Source: a plasmid. From it: a stretch of DNA of 64,000 bases. The stretch is from sequence record NZ_CP024587.1, one strand, 5' to 3'. The notes beneath the pieces were generated by a model, which saw only the letters and a list, made by a program, of their open reading frames with translations, was not told the DNA's origin and searched no databases. The stretch's first letter is position 1. The number at the start of each line of letters is the position of its first letter. Both the position numbers and the translations under genes were made by a program. Below are positions 29,855 to 38,867 of this stretch, one piece after another.

Positions 29855-31877
29855 CACCACAGACCACGACCACCTGGTGGCCGGGCTGACCCCTGCCCAG
29901 GGAGAGGCGGCCGGGATGCACGGGCCGGTGCTGGTGCTGGCGGGAGCCGGAACCGGCAAGACCAAGACGTTGACCGCCGGCGTCGTGCTGCGGATCGCCG
30001 AGCGCGGCATCCCCGCCTCTCGCATCCTGGCCGTGACCTTCACCAACAAGGCCGCCAGTGAAATGCGCGCCCGCATCGTCGCCCTGCTTGACGGCCAGGC
30101 GGCGCCATCCTGGATCGGCACCTTCCATGGTCTTGGCGCCCGCCAGCTTCGCCTGGAGCCGGAGATGGCCGGGCTGCGCGAGGGTTTCGACGTGCTCGAC
30201 GCCGACGACAGCCGGCGCCTGCTCAAGCGGATCATGAAGGCCCGAGGTGAGGATGCCGACAACGAGGGCATGGGCAGGGACCCGGTCAAGACCATCGCCG
30301 GACACATCGGACGCTTCAAGGACAACCTCATCACCCCGGGTGAGGCAGCGATCCGCGCCGAGGCGATGATTGCTGGAGACCGGATGGCCGACGCCTCCGG
30401 CCTGCGCGCCGCGGCGCGTGTCTACCCCGAGTATCAGCGGCGGCTGGTGGAGGCCAACGCCGCCGATTTCGGAGACCTGCTGCTCTGGCCGAGCGTGTGC
30501 ATGGGACACGACGAGGAACGCCGGCAGCGCTTCGCCAGCCGCTTCTCCTGCATCCTGGCCGACGAGTACCAGGACGTGAATGCCGTGCAGTACCGATGGC
30601 TCCGGCTGATGGCCAGGGACCATGGCGAGATCTTCGCGGTCGGCGACGATGACCAGGCGGTGTTCGGCTGGCGCGGCGCGGACATCGAATACATCCGCCG
30701 CTTCACGCGCGACTTCCGGGATGCAGCCGTGGTGAAGCTGGAGGACAACTTCCGCTCCACCGGCCACATCCTCGCCGCGGCCAACGCGGTCATCGCGCGC
30801 GAGGACGGCCGCCTCGGCAAGACGCTGCGCCCTACCCGCGAGCAGGGCCAGCCCATCGAGGTGGTCAGGTTCCGCAACGACGAGGCCGAGGCTACCGGCA
30901 TCGTGGCCGAGATCCGCAAGCGCGGCTCGGAGGGCGTGCTCTGGCACGACATGGCCATCCTGTACCGAGCCAACCACCTGTCGCGCAACATCGAGGAGGA
31001 GCTGCTCCGCGCAAGGGTGCCCTATGTGCTGGTGGGCGATGTCGGCTTCTACCAGCGCGCCGAGATCAAGGATGCCCTGGCACTGCTTCGCCTCGCCGCA
31101 AGCCCTGACGATGGCCAGTCCGACGAGGCCTTCCGGCGCGCCTGCAACACCCCACCCCGCGGCATCGGCCCCAAGGCGCTCGATCTGCTGGAGCGCGACG
31201 CCGAATGGCGCGGCTCCTCGCTGCTCGCCGCCTGCCACACCGCGGATCTGCCGGCCAGGGTGCGGGGGGCGGCCGGAGCCTTCGCGGACGCCGTGCGTTC
31301 GGTCGCGGCCGACACCGGCGCCACGGTGGCCGACCGCCTGTCCATGCTGCTCGACCGGACCGGCTACCGACAATGGCTGCGCGACAGCCGCGCCGAGACG
31401 GTTGAGGGGCGCCTGGAGAACCTGGCCGAGCTGGTGCTGCTGGCCGGAGGCTTCCATTCGGCGACCGACTTGCTGGAGCATGCCGCACTGGCCAGCGCCG
31501 CGCCGGGCGAGGAGGCCGGGGGGCGCGTCCAGCTGCTCACCCTGCATCGTGCCAAGGGGCTGGAGTTCGCTCATGTCTTCCTGCCGGCCTGGAACACGAC
31601 GATCTTTCCGAGCCAGTACGGCGACGCGGCTGAGGAACGGCGCCTGGCCTATGTGGCGCTCACCCGCGGCAAGGAGCGGGTGGCGGTCAGTTATGCCGAG
31701 TTCCGCCGCGGCTACGTCGATCCGTCGCCCTTCCTCGACGACATCCCCGAAGCCAACCGGCATGAGGGATGGCTGCGCCCCCTGGAGCGGCGGCCGGCGC
31801 GACCCTCGCCCCGCCAGGCCGGCATGGACGCCCTCAACGAGATGCTCGCCGGCCTCCGTACCCGGCCAAGGGCATGA
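29811..31877 (+). CDS. UvrD/Rep/PcrA-family DNA helicase
   Basis: Walker A 'LAGAGTGKTKTL', 'VTFTNKAASEMRAR', 'ILADEYQDVN', 'LEDNFRST', 'LLTLHRAKGLEF', 'YVALTRGKERV'. Confidence 0.85.
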   Translation: MSSAMDGTAMPTASDTTDHDHLVAGLTPAQGEAAGMHGPVLVLAGAGTGKTKTLTAGVVLRIAERGIPASRILAVTFTNKAASEMRARIVALLDGQAAPSWIGTFHGLGARQLRLEPEMAGLREGFDVLDADDSRRLLKRIMKARGEDADNEGMGRDPVKTIAGHIGRFKDNLITPGEAAIRAEAMIAGDRMADASGLRAAARVYPEYQRRLVEANAADFGDLLLWPSVCMGHDEERRQRFASRFSCILADEYQDVNAVQYRWLRLMARDHGEIFAVGDDDQAVFGWRGADIEYIRRFTRDFRDAAVVKLEDNFRSTGHILAAANAVIAREDGRLGKTLRPTREQGQPIEVVRFRNDEAEATGIVAEIRKRGSEGVLWHDMAILYRANHLSRNIEEELLRARVPYVLVGDVGFYQRAEIKDALALLRLAASPDDGQSDEAFRRACNTPPRGIGPKALDLLERDAEWRGSSLLAACHTADLPARVRGAAGAFADAVRSVAADTGATVADRLSMLLDRTGYRQWLRDSRAETVEGRLENLAELVLLAGGFHSATDLLEHAALASAAPGEEAGGRVQLLTLHRAKGLEFAHVFLPAWNTTIFPSQYGDAAEERRLAYVALTRGKERVAVSYAEFRRGYVDPSPFLDDIPEANRHEGWLRPLERRPARPSPRQAGMDALNEMLAGLRTRPRA

Positions 31878-31953
31878 GGGAGCATAAAAGGTAAGGGAGG
31901 ACGCGACGGCAGGGGAAGGAGATGGACTCTGTGCCACCCTCGGCCGGATCGCC

Positions 31954-32001
31954 GCAAGGGTGCGTCGGCTCACGCCTCCCGCCGCTGCGCGGCGCCCTTG
32001 C
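31954..32001. repeat. Leading-region stem-loop element, copy 2 (GCAAGGG-N34-CCCTTGC)
   Basis: Upstream of the GHKL gene. The extended about 150-nt unit (31930-32060) is shared with copy 3, including TGCCACCCTCGGCC and the GGTCTTCGAGAAGAAGA hairpin. Confidence 0.6.
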
Positions 32002-32088
32002 CCCGCTCCGCCCGGGGCGGCTGCGCGTGGGGGTCTTCGAGAAGAAGATCAGCAGGAGAGGCTACCCGTGACCCACGCCACCACCATC

Positions 32089-33840
32089 ATGCCCGCGCCG
32101 TCCATTCCGATCGCCCGCATCCGCGGCGCCCTGGGCGAGAAGGTGCTGCGCAAGAGCCCGGAGCTGTTCAACCAGTCGCTGCCCACCGTGCTGGCCGAGG
32201 TGCTGCAGAACGCCCGCCGTGCCGGCGCCAGCCGGGTCGAGATCGAGCACTTCGGCGAGGAGGGCCGGGCCACCCTTGTCGTGCGCGACAACGGGCACGG
32301 CATTGCCGACATGGGCAAGCTGGTGACCTTCGGCGCCTCCGCCTGGGACGAGCGGACGGATCTGGCGGAGAACGCCGCCGGCATGGGGGTGTTCTCGCTC
32401 GCCTCGCGCGGCGTGACCGTGCGTTCCCTCGGCCGGCGGGTGACGCTGAGCCGGGCGGTGTTCTGCGGCGAGGCCGACGCCGCGGTGCTGCCTGACCCCG
32501 GGATGGACGCTGGCACCGAGCTGACCTTTCCGGTCACGGAGGCTGGTGTCGCACGGCTCGTGGAGCGGGCGTGCCGCTTCTACCCATTGCCGGTGACCCT
32601 GAACGGCCAGCCCCTGGGGCAGCGCGACTTCCTGGCCGCCGCCGAGCATGTGGTGGAATGGCAGGGGCTGCGCCTGGGTGTGTTCCGGGAGCCCGGACCT
32701 CAGGTGCTGGATCTGTTCGACCGCCACCGTGGCTGGAGCAGCCGTCTGTACCTGAACTTCCACGGCCACGTCGTGGAATGCGGCACGGCGGTCGCCCTTG
32801 CCGAGGTGAGGGGGCCCACCCGGAGCGTGTTCGTGGACGTGATGTCGGCCCCGGACCTGCGCCTGGTGCTGCCGGCGCGCAACGAGCCGATCGACAACGA
32901 CTTCTTCCGCGCCATGCGGGCGCGGGCGGAGCGGGCTCTGCTGGAGGCGGTTGCCCGGCAACCGAAGCATGCGCTGGCCTTCACCGACGCGGAGCGGGCC
33001 GAGCGGCTGGGGATCACCCTGCCACCCGTGGAGATCGCGCTGTCTCCCTGGCGGATGGTCACCTACGAGACGCGGAGCCGTCTGGATGGCGTGGAGGCGC
33101 CCGTGGTGCTCGGAACGGATGGAACCGAGGTGCTGCTGGCGGACGGCGTCAGGTGGAGTGAGGCCTGCGACCAGGCCAACCTGCACCGCCTGCTGCTGGG
33201 CTGGAAGGATGGTCCCCGGGTGGTGGAGTCCAATCCCCGTTTCGCCGGCTATCCCGCCTATGACGCGCTGCGCGTCGTGTGGGAGGTGTCGGCGGTCGGC
33301 GTCGGTGCGGACGGTATGACCGAGGAGCTGGCGCCGCCGGTCTCAGGCAGCCCGCCCGTGTCGTGCGAGGACGATCGCCGGGTGGTCGAGACGGTGCGTG
33401 CCCGCCTCCTGGTGCAGAACGGAGGCCATTCACCCGGCGTGCCGACCCTTCTGCACGAGGCGGAGGTTCCCTTCTTCTTTACCTCCGAGGCCTTCGGTGA
33501 TCTGTTCCCGGACTTCGTCGTGACGCGTGGCACCGCTCCCGGTGATCTGACTGATGCCCTGGTTGAGGGGTTCTTCAGCTACAGCGACGATGCTGATGCC
33601 GACAGCTACGACCGGCAGCTGGAATGCTTCACGGTGGATGCCCTGGACATGGCTCGCGGACTGCTGCTGGACAATGACGCGGCCGTGGCGGCGCGGATCG
33701 TCGACGCCCTCCGGGATTCCCGCTGGGTGCTGCGCACCCTGGGCACCGGGCGCATCGAGCTGCAGATCACCGAATCCCAGGTAGGCAGCACGATCCGCAT
33801 CGTCAACGCGGCGGGCAAGGAGGTGACGGCCACCCTGTAG
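32089..33840 (+). CDS. GHKL-superfamily ATPase domain protein (N-terminal Bergerat fold, long C-terminal region of unknown function)
   Basis: N-box 'EVLQNARRAGAS', G1 'VRDNGHGIADMGKL', G2 'GMGVFS'. An alternative GTG start is at about 32068. Confidence 0.6.
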   Translation: MPAPSIPIARIRGALGEKVLRKSPELFNQSLPTVLAEVLQNARRAGASRVEIEHFGEEGRATLVVRDNGHGIADMGKLVTFGASAWDERTDLAENAAGMGVFSLASRGVTVRSLGRRVTLSRAVFCGEADAAVLPDPGMDAGTELTFPVTEAGVARLVERACRFYPLPVTLNGQPLGQRDFLAAAEHVVEWQGLRLGVFREPGPQVLDLFDRHRGWSSRLYLNFHGHVVECGTAVALAEVRGPTRSVFVDVMSAPDLRLVLPARNEPIDNDFFRAMRARAERALLEAVARQPKHALAFTDAERAERLGITLPPVEIALSPWRMVTYETRSRLDGVEAPVVLGTDGTEVLLADGVRWSEACDQANLHRLLLGWKDGPRVVESNPRFAGYPAYDALRVVWEVSAVGVGADGMTEELAPPVSGSPPVSCEDDRRVVETVRARLLVQNGGHSPGVPTLLHEAEVPFFFTSEAFGDLFPDFVVTRGTAPGDLTDALVEGFFSYSDDADADSYDRQLECFTVDALDMARGLLLDNDAAVAARIVDALRDSRWVLRTLGTGRIELQITESQVGSTIRIVNAAGKEVTATL

Positions 33841-33916
33841 GGAGGCGGATTCGAGAGGAGGGAAGGGAGAGGAACGAGGGGGCGGGGGAGGCCCTGCCAC
33901 CCTCGGCCAGGACGCG

Positions 33917-33961
33917 GCAAGGGTGCGTCGCTCCGCTCCCGCCGCTGCGCGGCGCCCTTGC
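33917..33961. repeat. Leading-region stem-loop element, copy 3
   Basis: Upstream of the 34030 ORF; followed by the GTCTTCGGGAAGAAGAC hairpin. Confidence 0.6.
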
Positions 33962-34029
33962 CCCGCCCCGGCCGGGGCGGCCGGCGGGCTGGGTCTTCGG
34001 GAAGAAGACGCAGCAGAAGGAACGGGATC

Positions 34030-34203
34030 ATGGATCTCGCCGACCGCCTCGCCCGCCGCAAAGGACGCCGCGAGGACCTCGCCGCCATCGCCGGCCTCCT
34101 CGCCTTCCTGGCCGCGATCCTGGCCATCGTGATCCTGCCCGGGTTCCTGGTGCAGAGCGCCTCCACCAGCCGCGTGCCCGCCCAGCAGGAGGCGCGGCGA
34201 TGA
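34030..34203 (+). CDS. Small membrane protein (57 aa)
   Basis: 'LAAIAGLLAFLAAILAIVILPGFLV' forms a single TM helix; preceded by a copy of the repeat element. Confidence 0.3.
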   Translation: MDLADRLARRKGRREDLAAIAGLLAFLAAILAIVILPGFLVQSASTSRVPAQQEARR

Positions 34204-34562
34204 GCGGCACCACCCTGACCGGCGGCGCCGGCAAACTCGACGTGGCCGTGGTGGAGGACGTGGTGGAAGACGGCTACGGCCTGGTCCGCACCGCCGAGAG
34301 CCCGGCCCTGGTAGTGGCCGTGCTGCATGACGGGACCTCACGTGGCCACGCCCTGGCCCACGGCACCGCCGCCGTGCTCGCCGTGGCGCCCGCGATGCGG
34401 CGCCTGCTCGACGAGGCCCTGAACATCTTCCGCGAGCAGTTCGAGGAGGATGAGCCGGTCTCCGGCGCCGACCTCGTGGACTGGTTCGCGGGCTGGCGCC
34501 GGAAGGTCAGTGCCCTGCTGACACAGCCCGCGCCACCACCGGAAACCCGCACGGACCCCTGA
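34200..34562 (+). CDS. Hypothetical protein
   Basis: 120-aa ORF with ATGA overlap to the upstream ORF. Confidence 0.35.
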   Translation: MSGTTLTGGAGKLDVAVVEDVVEDGYGLVRTAESPALVVAVLHDGTSRGHALAHGTAAVLAVAPAMRRLLDEALNIFREQFEEDEPVSGADLVDWFAGWRRKVSALLTQPAPPPETRTDP

Positions 34563-34618
34563 CGGGCGCGCCGCACCCTCCCGGCTGCCCCCACCATCCC
34601 CACCCGAAAGGAACCGCC

Positions 34619-35209
34619 ATGCCCAACCCGGCACGGCCGCCACGGCTGCTTGTCCTGCGTCCCTACCTGTCGCACGCCGGTCGTGACGACGCCTACGCGC
34701 ATGTCGACGCCCTGGTAATGCACACGCGCGACGGCGCGATGCCACGGCGCTACGGCGATCTGCGACCGCTGCTGTGGCACGAGGACGGCGCCCGGCCGAT
34801 CCTGCACGAGGGCTTCCGCTTCACCTGCCAGATCGACGACCGGCATGCCGAGCCCTACGCACCCCGCTACGGCTATATGCCGGAGTGCGGAGAGGTGTTC
34901 ACCACCAGCGATCTCGCGCGCTTCGGCAAGCCCCTCGCGGCCCTGCAGCGCGGCATGGCTCGGCTGGTCGAGCAGGAAGGGCGCAGCGAGGATCTGGGCC
35001 AGATCCTGGCCCGTCTGGCGCGGGTGCTGCGGGTCGACGGCATCGTCCTGCTGGCGGTTCGGGAACACGGCAGCTTCTTCGCAGAGGATCATCAAATCCG
35101 CCTGACGGCCGAGGCGCCGAACTACGGCGAGGTGATCGGTGATCTCGGCTCCGTCGCCCGCGAGCTGCATCTCCACTGCGCGAAGCGCGCGGGCCGCAGC
35201 GTGGCCTGA
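34619..35209 (+). CDS. Hypothetical protein
   Basis: 196-aa ORF, co-directional; no motifs recognised. Confidence 0.4.
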   Translation: MPNPARPPRLLVLRPYLSHAGRDDAYAHVDALVMHTRDGAMPRRYGDLRPLLWHEDGARPILHEGFRFTCQIDDRHAEPYAPRYGYMPECGEVFTTSDLARFGKPLAALQRGMARLVEQEGRSEDLGQILARLARVLRVDGIVLLAVREHGSFFAEDHQIRLTAEAPNYGEVIGDLGSVARELHLHCAKRAGRSVA

Positions 35210-35212
35210 ACC

Positions 35213-36019
35213 ATGAGTCTCACCTGCGATCCCTCTGAAGGGCTCCCGGCGGCCTGCCCCTGGTGTGGCGGGCCAGCTGTGCTGGAACTGGCCGAGGCGT
35301 GGACCGACCACGCCTTCCAGCTGGAGACCTGCTGCGAGGCGGCCCATGAGGAGGTGTGTGCCGGCCTTGCCGACGATCCCGCCTGGGCGCGCGACCTGCT
35401 GCGCCAACTCGGCGCCGAGGTGCTGTTGGGAGGCACGCTTCGCCGGGTGGCCGATACCGGTTGCGGCCAGCTGCTGCTGGACTGGAAGCTCGAGATCCGG
35501 CCCGTGAGTTTCGCGGCCGCGGCCGGCTTCGTGCGGCGGCATCACGCCCACAATGCCGCCCCGGTCGCCTGGCGCTACGGCGCCGCCATCGCCAACGGGC
35601 CGACCCGGCTGCTGGGCGTGGTGATGGTCGGCAACCCTGTCGCCCGCGGCCTGATGGGCCGCGGCACGGTCGAGGTGAACCGGCTGTGCATCCGCCGCGA
35701 CGTGCCCCGCGTCCTGGCCTGGAACGCCTGCTCGCAGCTCTACGGCTGGGCGGCGCGGGAGGCCGAAGCGCGGGGCTTCGAGCGCATCGTCACCTACACC
35801 CGTGCCGATGAGGAGGGCGGTAGCCTCACCGCCTCGGGCTGGACCAGGGACGCCCGCGTGCGCGGCCGTTCCTGGAGTAGCCCGGCCCGGGCGCGCCGCG
35901 ATCAGGGCGTGCCGATCGACAAGTGCCGTTGGTCCCGCCTCCTGCGGCCTCGCCGGGCAGCGGAGCGCCCATCCGCGCCGAATCCCGTCATGCCTCTCAC
36001 CCTGGATGCTCCCGGGTGA
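35213..36019 (+). CDS. Cys-rich N-terminus plus possible Mom/XF1762-like GNAT-fold DNA-modification domain
   Basis: N-terminal 'CPWCGG...CCEAAHEEVC'. Centre 'FVRRHHAHNAAPVAWRYGAAIANGPTRLLGVVMVGNPVARGLMGRGTVEVNRLCIRRD' resembles the phage Mu Mom family pattern (FVxxxHY...hhGhhhhG...hEhxRLC). Confidence 0.35.
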   Translation: MSLTCDPSEGLPAACPWCGGPAVLELAEAWTDHAFQLETCCEAAHEEVCAGLADDPAWARDLLRQLGAEVLLGGTLRRVADTGCGQLLLDWKLEIRPVSFAAAAGFVRRHHAHNAAPVAWRYGAAIANGPTRLLGVVMVGNPVARGLMGRGTVEVNRLCIRRDVPRVLAWNACSQLYGWAAREAEARGFERIVTYTRADEEGGSLTASGWTRDARVRGRSWSSPARARRDQGVPIDKCRWSRLLRPRRAAERPSAPNPVMPLTLDAPG

Positions 36020-36059
36020 GCCGGCCCGTCCGACAACACCAGCAAGGAGGAGCCACGCC

Positions 36060-36440
36060 GTGGCCACCATCAACATCGTCCTGTCCGCCTATCCCGGCCG
36101 TCGCGTGCGCGAGGTGGGCTGCAGCTGGACCTCCATCGGCATCGGCATCGGCGGCGGCACGCCGACGCGCCGCCTGGCCGTGCAGGGCCTGGGCGGCATC
36201 ACCGAGGCCGTGTCCGCCTTCGGCCGCGACGTGCTGGCCGCCAACCCGGAGGCAAGCTTCGTCATCTCCGTCACGATGGCAAGCGACCAGCGCAAGCCCC
36301 GCGGCTTCGACGACGCCGAGAGGGCCGGGACCTTCGGCCAGCACGCTCATCTGCGCGATGACGTTGGCGAAGAAGCGAATTACCGGAAGCTGGCCAGTCC
36401 GACCGTTTCCGCCCCGACACCGGCTCCAGTCCCGGCATGA
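36060..36440 (+). CDS. Hypothetical protein (GTG start)
   Basis: 'VATINIVLSAYPGRRVREVG...' ORF following the previous gene after 40 bp. Confidence 0.3.
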   Translation: MATINIVLSAYPGRRVREVGCSWTSIGIGIGGGTPTRRLAVQGLGGITEAVSAFGRDVLAANPEASFVISVTMASDQRKPRGFDDAERAGTFGQHAHLRDDVGEEANYRKLASPTVSAPTPAPVPA

Positions 36441-36494
36441 GGCAGGAGAGATGAGAGACAGGGAGGAGGGGCGTGCCGCACCCCGTCCCCCGCC

Positions 36495-36539
36495 GCAAGG
36501 GCAGGGGCCTGACGGCCCGCCGCTGCGCGGCGCCCTTGC
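36495..36539. repeat. Leading-region stem-loop element, copy 4
   Basis: Upstream of the 36594 ORF; followed by the GGTGTTCGGAAAGGAACACC hairpin (36571-36590) holding the SD in its loop. Confidence 0.6.
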
Positions 36540-36593
36540 CCCGGGGGCACGGGGCGCCGGCGACAGGGGAGGTGTTCGGAAAGGAACACCGCC

Positions 36594-36941
36594 ATGGAAA
36601 TCCGCCGCCTTGCCGCCCGTCCGGGCACGGCCCTGCTCACCCCGCTCGCGCCCGCCGCCGCGAACGACGCGATCGCCTGCTCCCGGTGCAGCACGGCCTT
36701 CGGCACCGATCCGACGCTTGCGGTTGACTGCCCGGTCTGCCGCGCTCCGCAGGGCGAGCGTTGCCGCCAGCCGGCGCAGGGCGGCTTCCACCGCTCACAC
36801 TACACCCGCGCCCGCATGGCGCTGGCCCTTGGTCGCATGGGCGCCTGCCCGGCCCTGACCTGGGACGATCTCCACGCCCTGCCAGTGCGCGTGGCGCCGG
36901 CATCCCCGACCATCGACCAGCCCGTCCCCGAGAGCCCTTGA
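36594..36941 (+). CDS. Small zinc-ribbon-like protein
   Basis: 'CSRCSTAF...CPVCRAPQGERC' pair of CxxC motifs; preceded by the repeat element and an SD-sequestering hairpin. Confidence 0.35.
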   Translation: MEIRRLAARPGTALLTPLAPAAANDAIACSRCSTAFGTDPTLAVDCPVCRAPQGERCRQPAQGGFHRSHYTRARMALALGRMGACPALTWDDLHALPVRVAPASPTIDQPVPESP

Positions 36942-36951
36942 GGAGCCCCCC

Positions 36952-37230
36952 ATGAGCGCCGTCCGCACCTTTCTCGACCTGTCCACCGCCCATCTCTCGG
37001 ATGAGGATCGGACGCTGCTCGAAGCCTGCGCCGGACACGACACCGGCGAGGTCCTCTGCGCCAGGACCCCCTACGGCTGGTTCGTCTTTGCCTGCGAGGA
37101 ACGGCCAGAGATCTCCGACACCCTCTGGGGATTGTTCCAGAGCGCCCGGGAGCAGGGCTGCGAGTACCTCCTGTTCGACCGTGACGCCCCGATGCTCGAC
37201 GACTTCGCCACCTTCGAGTGGCACGCCTGA
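36952..37230 (+). CDS. Small conserved hypothetical protein
   Basis: 92 aa, 'LDLSTAHLSDEDRTLLE...TPYGWFVFACEE...GCEYLLFDRDAPMLDDFATFEW'. Confidence 0.4.
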   Translation: MSAVRTFLDLSTAHLSDEDRTLLEACAGHDTGEVLCARTPYGWFVFACEERPEISDTLWGLFQSAREQGCEYLLFDRDAPMLDDFATFEWHA

Positions 37231-37296
37231 TCCGGTGATCCCGGAAGAAACGGGGCATCGGGAGAGCAGGGCCGTCCCGCACCGGGGACGGCCGCC

Positions 37297-37342
37297 GCAA
37301 GGGGCCGTCGGCTGGCGCCTCCCGCGCTGCGCGCGCCCTTGC
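37297..37342. repeat. Leading-region stem-loop element, copy 5
   Basis: Preceded by hairpin GCCGTCCCGCACCGGGGACGGC (37271-37292); about 100 nt nearly identical to copy 6. Confidence 0.65.
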
Positions 37343-37394
37343 CCCAGCCGCCCCGGATGCGGGTTCGGGTCGCATCGCGAAAGGAGACAGGGCG

Positions 37395-37709
37395 ATGACG
37401 ACCACGATCCACAATCTCAAGCGTGAGGCACTGCGGCCGGGCGATGTGCGGATCGACCGCCGCACCGAGTTCGGCAATCCGTTCGTGCTGGGGCGCGACG
37501 GCACCCGGGCGGAGGTGATCGCGCAGTTCGAGGCCGCCGAGCGCGCGCGGCTCGCCGACCCGAAGACCGGCGCGGCGCGGCGGGCGAAGGTGCGGGCGAT
37601 GCACGGCCGGCGGCTTTTCTGCTGGTGCGCGCCGCTGCCCTGCCACGGCAACGTTTACGCCAGGCTCGCCGCCGAGCTGGTGCAGGCCGAAGGCGAGGCG
37701 AAGCCGTAG
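37395..37709 (+). CDS. DUF4326-family protein
   Basis: 'EFGNPFVLGRDGTRAEVIAQFE...MHGRRLFCWCAPLPCHGNVYARL' matches the DUF4326 pattern (GNPF...L.C.C.P..CH). Confidence 0.55.
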   Translation: MTTTIHNLKREALRPGDVRIDRRTEFGNPFVLGRDGTRAEVIAQFEAAERARLADPKTGAARRAKVRAMHGRRLFCWCAPLPCHGNVYARLAAELVQAEGEAKP

Positions 37710-37787
37710 GGCAGGCGGAGGAGAAGGAAACCAGCGGCAGAGAGAGGGGAGGGAGAGGCGAGCCGTCCCGCACCGGGGACGGCCGCC

Positions 37788-37833
37788 GCAAGGGTTCGTC
37801 GGCTGGCGCCTCCCGCGCTGCGCGCGCCCTTGC
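37788..37833. repeat. Leading-region stem-loop element, copy 6 (upstream of ardC)
   Basis: Same upstream hairpin (37763-37784). Followed by SD hairpin GGTGTTCC-GAGAGAATGAAAG-GGAACACC (37863-37891) abutting the ardC ATG. Confidence 0.65.
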
Positions 37834-37892
37834 CCCGGCCGCCCCGGATGCGGGGGCGGGGAGGTGTTCCGAGAGAATGAAAGGGAACACCG

Positions 37893-38867
37893 ATGGCCCA
37901 TCCCCGCCGCCAGTCGTCCGAACGCCCGGCGTCCCGCGACCACTACGCCGAGATCACGGCCCAGGTGATCGCGGCACTGGAGGCGGGCACCCTGCCGTGG
38001 CGCCGTCCCTGGGACCAGGACAAGGCCGGCGCCGGTCCGCTCTCGCCGCGCAATGCCACCACCGGCCGCCGTTATCACGGGATCAACCTGCTGCTGCTCG
38101 GCATGACGGGCATGGCCTTCGCCGGCACCGACCCCCGGTGGCTGACCTACAAGCAGGCCGAGGCGAAGGGCTGGCAGGTCCGCCGCGGCGAGCGCGGCTC
38201 GCGCGTGTTCTTCTTCCGCAAGCTGACCCTGCGCGACGGCGACGCCGCGCCGGATGCCGGCGGCGAGGGGGAGGGGGCCACCCGCACCGTGCCGGTGCTG
38301 CGCGCCTACACCGTATTCCACGCGAGCCAGGTGGACGGCATCGCCCCCTTCGAGGCGCCTTCCGTCGAGGAGGCGTCCTGGCGCACGCCCGAGGCAGCCG
38401 GGACCATCATGCGCAACAGCGGCGTGGTGTTCCGCGAAGGCGGCGACCGTGCCTTCTACTGCCCCGCCACCGACCACATCCAACTGCCCCCACGCGCCGC
38501 CTTCGCGAGTCCGGAAGGCTATTGCGCGACGGCGCTGCACGAGCTGGCGCACGCCTCCGGCGCGACGCACCGGCTCGACCGCGACCTGACCGGCCGCTTC
38601 GGCAGCCAGGCCTACGCGCAGGAGGAGCTGCGCGCCGAGTTGGCCTCCTGCTTCATCGGCGCCGAGCTGGGCCTGCCCTGCGATATCCCCAACCACGCCA
38701 GCTACGTGGCGTCGTGGCTCAGGACGCTGCGCGAGGACAAGCGCGAGATCTTCCGCGCCGCGGCGGAGGCACAGAGGATCACCGACTACCTGCTGGCCTT
38801 CCACCCCGGATACGCCCGGATCGCGGCCGAGGACGCACGGCGCGACGAGGCCGGCGACGAGGCGTGA
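37893..38867 (+). CDS. ardC: ArdC-family antirestriction protein (ssDNA-binding N-domain plus zincin-like metallopeptidase C-domain)
   Basis: 'ITAQVIAALEAGTLPWRRPW', 'YHGINLLLL', 'RWLTYKQAEAKGWQVRRGERG' and C-terminal 'ALHELAHASGATHRLDRD...AQEELRAELASCFIGAELG'. Confidence 0.8.
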   Translation: MAHPRRQSSERPASRDHYAEITAQVIAALEAGTLPWRRPWDQDKAGAGPLSPRNATTGRRYHGINLLLLGMTGMAFAGTDPRWLTYKQAEAKGWQVRRGERGSRVFFFRKLTLRDGDAAPDAGGEGEGATRTVPVLRAYTVFHASQVDGIAPFEAPSVEEASWRTPEAAGTIMRNSGVVFREGGDRAFYCPATDHIQLPPRAAFASPEGYCATALHELAHASGATHRLDRDLTGRFGSQAYAQEELRAELASCFIGAELGLPCDIPNHASYVASWLRTLREDKREIFRAAAEAQRITDYLLAFHPGYARIAAEDARRDEAGDEA

